DNA of 64,000 nucleotides from an uncultured Gammaproteobacteria bacterium (GTDB lineage Bacteria; Pseudomonadota; Gammaproteobacteria; UBA6186; Azoamicaceae): NCBI GenBank assembly GCA_963805795.1, contig CAWDVG010000001.1, positions 612,921 to 676,920 of the forward strand, read 5' to 3'. Shown piece by piece: positions 58,404 to 64,000 of this stretch (position 1 is its first letter; each line of letters starts with the position of its first letter). The notes under the pieces were generated by a model. It saw only the letters and a program-made list of their open reading frames with translations, ran no database searches and was not told where the DNA came from. The position numbers and the translations under genes were made by a program.

Positions 58404-60614
58404 TCAATGCGCGTTTGTTTTTGCAACATTTTGGCTTTCAGGTGATAGAACTTTTTTCAGAACATTAAAACTATCCGTTTGCACTTTAAGAGAGTTAGTG
58501 AATTGTGTTAGCATTTTTGAATTAGATATAAAGTGCATATTTAGCATGCTTTTCAATTCATTAATTAATGTTTGCGTTCTAGCTCCCCACTCTGTGCTCA
58601 TGCCCACTTTTTTAGCAACATATTGTGCAACATTGCCTATATTTTGGCCGATATAAAAATTAAATGGATCATTAACCAAGGTATTTTCTGCATCTTGATA
58701 GTCATCAATAATTTTATTCAACTTTTCAAAATGAAAAGGACTCGTTTCTCTGATAATATTTTGGAATTTATCAGATGCCTCCTTAGCATTTTTAGTTTTA
58801 TCTATATTGCTTGCCTCCGTTTTTTTTATGTATTCATCAATTTTTTTCTTGCAGCTTAAGGCGATTCTTTTTAAGTTAATAAGCTCTATTTTTTCTTTCG
58901 CCTTTTTGTGTCCCAAATCTAACGCTATTTTATAGCATTTCTCTGCTTCATCCAAATTCAGATTTAAAGCATATTTTTTTCCGTATTCTTCAATCTCGTT
59001 GTATTCCCCTAAAGAAAATGCTGCATTCATGTGATTACCTTGAAGAGCCGCCGCTTGCAAATGCTTAAAAGCATATTGAGATTGTTCCTGCTTTAAAAGT
59101 AACCATATTTCATAATCCGCGCTGTGATTTTCTTTTTCAATTTTTTTACCAAAGATGATATCTGGATTGCAAACATTGTTCTGCAAACAAAAATTAAATG
59201 CTTCGTAATAAATGGTATTACTACCGGCTAATTCTCTATATATATGGAATACAAAATATTGTTTCTGTTGATCAAGGCCCAATATTGCGGTCTTAAGCTC
59301 TTCATTTACTTCTTTAGCATTTGAAATTACTGAAGGACTAATCATCTTTTCGCTCCCGAAAGAAAATGATAAATCTTCAGCAGGATTTGATATTACAGTG
59401 TGCTCTTGATTGTTGGCAAAATTTGCAGACTGAGTATTCGAGATAGGGCCAGATATAAACTGTCGCTCTACTTTAAATTTCTCCAGGTGCTCTTTTAGAT
59501 TTGGTTTTTCCAAAAGTCTATTGAGCCCTTCTCCTGCTTGCACGTAATCATTTCCAAGTGCCAAATAATAAAATTTGACAGCTTCCCCCTCATCTTTTTC
59601 AACGCCTATGCCTCGTTCATAGCAGCCACCGAGAAAAAATTGTGCTTGGTTATATCCTTGATTGGCAGATAATTGATAATATTTAAAAGCTTTTTTCTCA
59701 TCCTTCTCTATGCCAAGACCATACTCATAAGAACGACCTAGAAAAAATTGGCCTTCTGCATTCTTTTGGTCGGCAGATAATTTATAATATTTATATGCTT
59801 CATTTATATTATTATCTGTGCCCAAGCCATTCTCATGGCAATAACCTAGAAACGTTTGTGCATTTGCAATATTATGGTCGGATGCTAATTTAAAACATTC
59901 AGTTGCCTTTTTCACATCCTTAGTTACTCCTTTGCCATAATAATAATTAAGTCCAATCTTGTAATAAAGATTCCATAACTGATTTTGCGCTTTTTCAAAG
60001 TTTTGATCAGCAGACAGCTTATAGTATTTTATTGCTTCTTCTTGATCCTCTTTTATACCTCTTCCAAATTCATAACAGTACCCTAAATGATATTGAGCAA
60101 TAGCATTGCTTTTGGCAGCAACTTTTTGATATAACTCCGCTGCATCTTTAGTGCTCTTACCAGCAATTTTGTTCAAATCATAAAGTCTCGCTAGATTCAT
60201 TATGGCTGGTACAAAATCTTGTTTTACAGCATTTTGAAAGTGTTCGTATGCTTTATTAAAGTCCTGTTTTGTCCCAATACCATTTGCATAGCACATTGCA
60301 AGATTATATTCAGCAAATACAAATGTCTCGCCATTTGTTGCATTTTTATATATTTCAACTGCAGTCTTATATTTCTTAAAGGCTTCAGCTACATCCTTGT
60401 TTACTTGATTTCCGTGCTCTAGACGACAACCTTCATTGTAGTGGTGACACGCTATTTTAAGTTTTTCACCTTTATCTTTGTGATCTAGTGCTTCTTGTGC
60501 ATTTTTTTTGTCATTATCGACCTCTTGAAAAAGCTTGTTGTTTGATTCGTTAACAAAATCAAAACGTGAAACTGCTGCACTTGGCGCCCCATTTATTACT
60601 GTACACATGTTCAA
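58404..60614 (-). CDS. Sel1-like repeat (SLR) protein
   Basis: 736 aa with many tandem SLR units (AQYHLGYCYEFGRGIKEDQEEAIKYYKLSADQ, GQFFLGRSYEYGLGIEKDEKKAFKYYQLSANQ, and others). No signal peptide. Confidence 0.85.
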   Translation of the reverse strand: MNMCTVINGAPSAAVSRFDFVNESNNKLFQEVDNDKKNAQEALDHKDKGEKLKIACHHYNEGCRLEHGNQVNKDVAEAFKKYKTAVEIYKNATNGETFVFAEYNLAMCYANGIGTKQDFNKAYEHFQNAVKQDFVPAIMNLARLYDLNKIAGKSTKDAAELYQKVAAKSNAIAQYHLGYCYEFGRGIKEDQEEAIKYYKLSADQNFEKAQNQLWNLYYKIGLNYYYGKGVTKDVKKATECFKLASDHNIANAQTFLGYCHENGLGTDNNINEAYKYYKLSADQKNAEGQFFLGRSYEYGLGIEKDEKKAFKYYQLSANQGYNQAQFFLGGCYERGIGVEKDEGEAVKFYYLALGNDYVQAGEGLNRLLEKPNLKEHLEKFKVERQFISGPISNTQSANFANNQEHTVISNPAEDLSFSFGSEKMISPSVISNAKEVNEELKTAILGLDQQKQYFVFHIYRELAGSNTIYYEAFNFCLQNNVCNPDIIFGKKIEKENHSADYEIWLLLKQEQSQYAFKHLQAAALQGNHMNAAFSLGEYNEIEEYGKKYALNLNLDEAEKCYKIALDLGHKKAKEKIELINLKRIALSCKKKIDEYIKKTEASNIDKTKNAKEASDKFQNIIRETSPFHFEKLNKIIDDYQDAENTLVNDPFNFYIGQNIGNVAQYVAKKVGMSTEWGARTQTLINELKSMLNMHFISNSKMLTQFTNSLKVQTDSFNVLKKVLSPESQNVAKTNAH

Positions 60615-60866
60615 CTCCTAAAATCTGTTCAAATTTACTGTTACTAAACTGTCAAAAGTAAAAGCTACTTTTGTTGAGAGGAGCATATCTTTGAAGAATT
60701 TCCGATGTATATCCCGGGCAATATGACCCGGGTAGTTTTCCCGGAACTTATCGATAATGAATTTTATGTTTTTCTATTGAGTTATTGTCATAAAAGTTGG
60801 AAAATAGACATTCTCAAGATGAGGTGCTTTCAATATGATTTACAATAATGATCAAGGCTGCTAAAA

Positions 60867-61772
60867 ATGAACTTATCAGGAATGCTTACTGCTGAAATAT
60901 ATGATAAGTACCTAACTACAATAGGTGGGAAATCTTTTACCCAAAGGGAGGTTGAAATCCTAACCTGTGTAGTTGGCTTATCACTGGATAGTAATCAAAT
61001 ATTTGATGGCGAAAAAACGGTTACTGAAATCGCCAATAAAATATCTTCAATTTTATCTACAGCTATCCAACCAATTGATCAGAAGACCGTCTTTAATGCC
61101 TTGGGTCACATCCGATCAAAAATTGGCTGTAAGAAAACAGAAGGGCTGATCCCCTTTGTAGCAAACTCCGAAAAATTTTCTGTTATAAAAGAATCGTATA
61201 AGAGTATATTCATTAATGATGCCTTTAAAAAGGAATTAACAAAAATAAGTCAGTCATTAAAGTTATCCATCGGATATCTACTCATCTCGACAACAGAACA
61301 GGAAGCGCTTACAGGAAAAAAGGGTTCAAAACTGCCGAGATTACATAGATTAAGAGAAGATTTAAAAATATTACGTCTAATGCCAAGTTCCTGCATTATT
61401 AAAAGTCCAGTTAAACGTTCTACGGATATTTCTGTACTTGATAAGATAAATTTAGCTGATAATACCAAAATTGTTTCTTGTCTTTCTAAAAAATTTATTG
61501 AAGATTCTTATTTAAGGTTATCGTCTAATCAAGATGTAGAAGAGCAGTTACCACCCATTCAAAGTTTACTTAATTTAGAATACTTTGACGTGAATGACGA
61601 TGGAAATTACTATTTTCGCATTTTTGAAGTAGTAAAAAAATTGCTCCATGGCAAGAATATTGATGAACATATTCAATCCTTTAAAAAAGAATATGAAAAA
61701 ATATGTAAGATGGATATCGCAAGCCCAATTGACGACAAAAATAAATCAAACTATTCAGTCTCAGAAAAATAA
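60867..61772 (+). CDS. Hypothetical protein with a divergent LuxR/GerE-like HTH at the N-terminus
   Basis: FTQREVEILTCVVG...VTEIANKIS...KTVFNALGHIRSKIG resembles the LuxR-type HTH (LTxRExEIL...EIA...TVxxHxxxIxxKLG), with an insertion. The remainder is unknown. Confidence 0.45.
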   Translation: MNLSGMLTAEIYDKYLTTIGGKSFTQREVEILTCVVGLSLDSNQIFDGEKTVTEIANKISSILSTAIQPIDQKTVFNALGHIRSKIGCKKTEGLIPFVANSEKFSVIKESYKSIFINDAFKKELTKISQSLKLSIGYLLISTTEQEALTGKKGSKLPRLHRLREDLKILRLMPSSCIIKSPVKRSTDISVLDKINLADNTKIVSCLSKKFIEDSYLRLSSNQDVEEQLPPIQSLLNLEYFDVNDDGNYYFRIFEVVKKLLHGKNIDEHIQSFKKEYEKICKMDIASPIDDKNKSNYSVSEK

Positions 61773-64000
61773 CTCAGAATCTAATAAAATTAACCAACCC
61801 AAAAAGTACAAAAAGAGTCTACTATGGACGATCGGAGCCTGTCTTAGCATTCTTATATCTGTGTTATTTTTTAACAATATTTTAGATGTTGAAACTCAAA
61901 ATGAAATTAGAAAATATGCGGGCTTAACTATTAATCATGATAGATATCCTAAAATAATTAGTCAAATCCAACGAGGCAATCACTTACAATCTATTTCTTG
62001 GAGTTTGCCAAGACAAGATCAAATTTTTATTGGTCGGAAAAATGAAATTGAAAACATATCCAAAGCTATTAAGCAAAACGAAAAAAATAGTAAGTTAAAA
62101 GTAGTTGTTTGTACTGGTCTTGGTGGCGTCGGAAAAACACAGTTGGCGCTCCAGTATGCTCATCATTCTAAAAATGCTTATTCGATGGAACCTTGGTGGT
62201 TCAATGCCCGTGATATAGATACATTGCATCAGGAATACTTAAAATACGCTAAAGAGCTTGGTTACGAGAGCAAACCAAATAAGGAACTGATAGAAGACCC
62301 TGCAACATCAGAAGCTCTTACCTCAAAGAATAATCATTTAACAACTTCTGTAATTGATTATCTACATGTTTATTTAAAAAATAACCCAGGTTGGTTGATG
62401 ATTTTTGATGATGTTCAAAAATATGAAGATATTAAAGATTTTCTCCCAAAAGAGGGTGGCCATATTCTGATCACTTCTCGACATCAAGAATGGCCAAATA
62501 GCTATCAAATTATACCTCTAGATGTTATGACTGAAGAGGACTCCATTAAATTAATAAAATCTATAACTACTTCAGTTCACTATACTGATCAAAACGATTT
62601 AAAAGAGCTTGCAAAAACACTCGGATATTTACCAGCACAGATTGCCTGCGCAAGTGCTTACATACAACAAACTAAAATGTCTTTCAGAGAATATATAGAT
62701 TTATGTCATAAGGATGATAAAGTATTATTAGAAAGCACCACGGTCCCTAAAGGGGGAACTCATAATGTACCCATGAACGTTACATATAATATTACGCTCG
62801 CTCACCTTTTAAAGGAGAATCTGAAAGAATATAAGCAACCTCTTGCATTGTACTTGTTACTTTCTTCTGCTTACATGTCTTCTGATAGTATACCCCGAAG
62901 TCTATTATTAAACATTTTAAAAACACATATACCAGAAAAAAGTAATGCAGAATTATTATTAACAGATTTACTCACGCAGTTACACCAATATTCAATGATT
63001 AGTTATTCGGATGAAAGAGGTCAAGCTATTAAAGTACATACCATTGTACAAGCTGTTATTCGTAATCAGCATATATCTCAAAAATCTAATATTCTGGGCT
63101 ATCCAAAATTAACTTTAGACTGGTATAGCCATTTACTTACAGGCTCACATGCCGAATTTGAACAAGCTCAAAGGAACTCACATGATACTTCAATAAAAAA
63201 ATTTATGTTACCCCATTTGCAATCTTTACAAAGATATTATGAAGTTTTGTGGCCAGAAGAATATACGAATATAAATTTTGTTCAAACAATGAATAATATA
63301 GGCGCAATATTCTATGATATAGGCGAATACGAACAAGCAAAACCCTATTTTGAGAGGGGTCTAAGCATTTTAGAAAAGTATCATAAAGATAAGCCTTTGA
63401 CAATTGCTGAGACATTAATACATTTAGGCAAAACAAATCGTGAGCTAATTAATAACCCCCTAGTCACTCTAGGCAAAATGCAGTGCCAAAAAGCTTTTAA
63501 CATAATTGATAAAAATCTTGGAAAAAATAATATTAAAACTGCTGATTCTCTTGATTGTTTGGGAAAGTGTAATATACATTTGAGTTTAACACATATTAAA
63601 GAAGCAATTCAAAATTTTGAAGATACATTACAAATAAAAAAAAGACATTTAGGTGAAGATCACCCAGAAACGATCGAAACTTATCAATTCCTAGGAAAAG
63701 CCTATAGAAATGCAGGAAATTTTATTAAGGCTAAAGAGATTCATCAAGATGTCTTAGAAAAAAAGAAACAACTTTATGGTAAGGATCATATTAAAATAGC
63801 ACTTATTCTAAATTTTCTAGGTGGAGATTATACTGAATTAGGTGATCCTAAAAAGGCGAAAGAACTTCATGAACAAGCTTTAACAATCCAAAAAAGAGAA
63901 TATGGAAATTATCATCCTGAGCTTGTAGTTACCTATGAATATCTTGGGAATTGTTATAGAGAATTAGGAGATTTTAAAAAGTCTCTAGCACATCATGAAA
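61693..64000 (+). CDS. NB-ARC (STAND) NTPase with TPR repeats, 3' end beyond the window
   Basis: A frame-1 ORF stays open to the window end, so it is absent from the ORF track. It encodes a TM-like segment LLWTIGACLSILISVLFF, Walker A GLGGVGKTQLA (from 62116), Walker B WLMIFDDV and ILITSRH. Multiple TPR units follow (IGAIFYDIGEYEQAKPYFERGL...). The start codon is uncertain (ATG 61648, 61660 or 61693). Confidence 0.75.
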   Translation, partial: MKKYVRWISQAQLTTKINQTIQSQKNNSESNKINQPKKYKKSLLWTIGACLSILISVLFFNNILDVETQNEIRKYAGLTINHDRYPKIISQIQRGNHLQSISWSLPRQDQIFIGRKNEIENISKAIKQNEKNSKLKVVVCTGLGGVGKTQLALQYAHHSKNAYSMEPWWFNARDIDTLHQEYLKYAKELGYESKPNKELIEDPATSEALTSKNNHLTTSVIDYLHVYLKNNPGWLMIFDDVQKYEDIKDFLPKEGGHILITSRHQEWPNSYQIIPLDVMTEEDSIKLIKSITTSVHYTDQNDLKELAKTLGYLPAQIACASAYIQQTKMSFREYIDLCHKDDKVLLESTTVPKGGTHNVPMNVTYNITLAHLLKENLKEYKQPLALYLLLSSAYMSSDSIPRSLLLNILKTHIPEKSNAELLLTDLLTQLHQYSMISYSDERGQAIKVHTIVQAVIRNQHISQKSNILGYPKLTLDWYSHLLTGSHAEFEQAQRNSHDTSIKKFMLPHLQSLQRYYEVLWPEEYTNINFVQTMNNIGAIFYDIGEYEQAKPYFERGLSILEKYHKDKPLTIAETLIHLGKTNRELINNPLVTLGKMQCQKAFNIIDKNLGKNNIKTADSLDCLGKCNIHLSLTHIKEAIQNFEDTLQIKKRHLGEDHPETIETYQFLGKAYRNAGNFIKAKEIHQDVLEKKKQLYGKDHIKIALILNFLGGDYTELGDPKKAKELHEQALTIQKREYGNYHPELVVTYEYLGNCYRELGDFKKSLAHHE

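Overview
This is a 64-kb chromosomal window from an AT-rich gammaproteobacterium (base composition judged by eye, not computed).

Conserved housekeeping blocks keep E. coli-like local synteny:
- mnmA-hflD
- a compact beta-oxidation locus, fadE-fadI-fadJ-fadL-tetR
- prfB-lysS, then ygfZ / sdhE-ygfX
- rpoE, then lepA-lepB-rnc-era-recO-acpS
- relA, adk-trx-hemH, tsaB, dapE
- an RND efflux pair, nrdAB and an ABC permease

These blocks are interleaved with effector-like or eukaryotic-like genes: a mitochondrial-carrier-family protein, a 1201-aa ankyrin protein, a 736-aa Sel1-repeat protein, an NB-ARC/TPR STAND protein, a Fic protein and a histone H1-like protein. This mixture suggests a Legionellales-type intracellular bacterium. 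That is inference only; no database search was possible.

Most notable points:
1. Two divergent paralogous genes of unknown function sit on the opposite strand exactly where rseABC would lie between rpoE and lepA. This leaves sigma-E without an adjacent anti-sigma factor.
2. Gene decay is strongly non-random. ppsA, lepA, nrdA and nrdB carry many frameshifts and in-frame stops, while long neighbouring ORFs of up to 3.6 kb are intact.
3. The LexA homologue keeps its DNA-binding domain and an SOS-box-like site in its own promoter, but has lost the cleavage site and the Ser/Lys catalytic dyad.
4. The region from about 52.9 to 64 kb looks like an accessory island of large repeat-protein genes.
5. 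There are several unexplained DNA structures: a perfect 42-bp-arm palindrome, twin palindromic operators at fic, two small dispersed repeat families, and mutually exclusive hairpins in a 657-bp intergenic region.

No rRNA, tRNA, CRISPR array or recognisable intact IS element was found.
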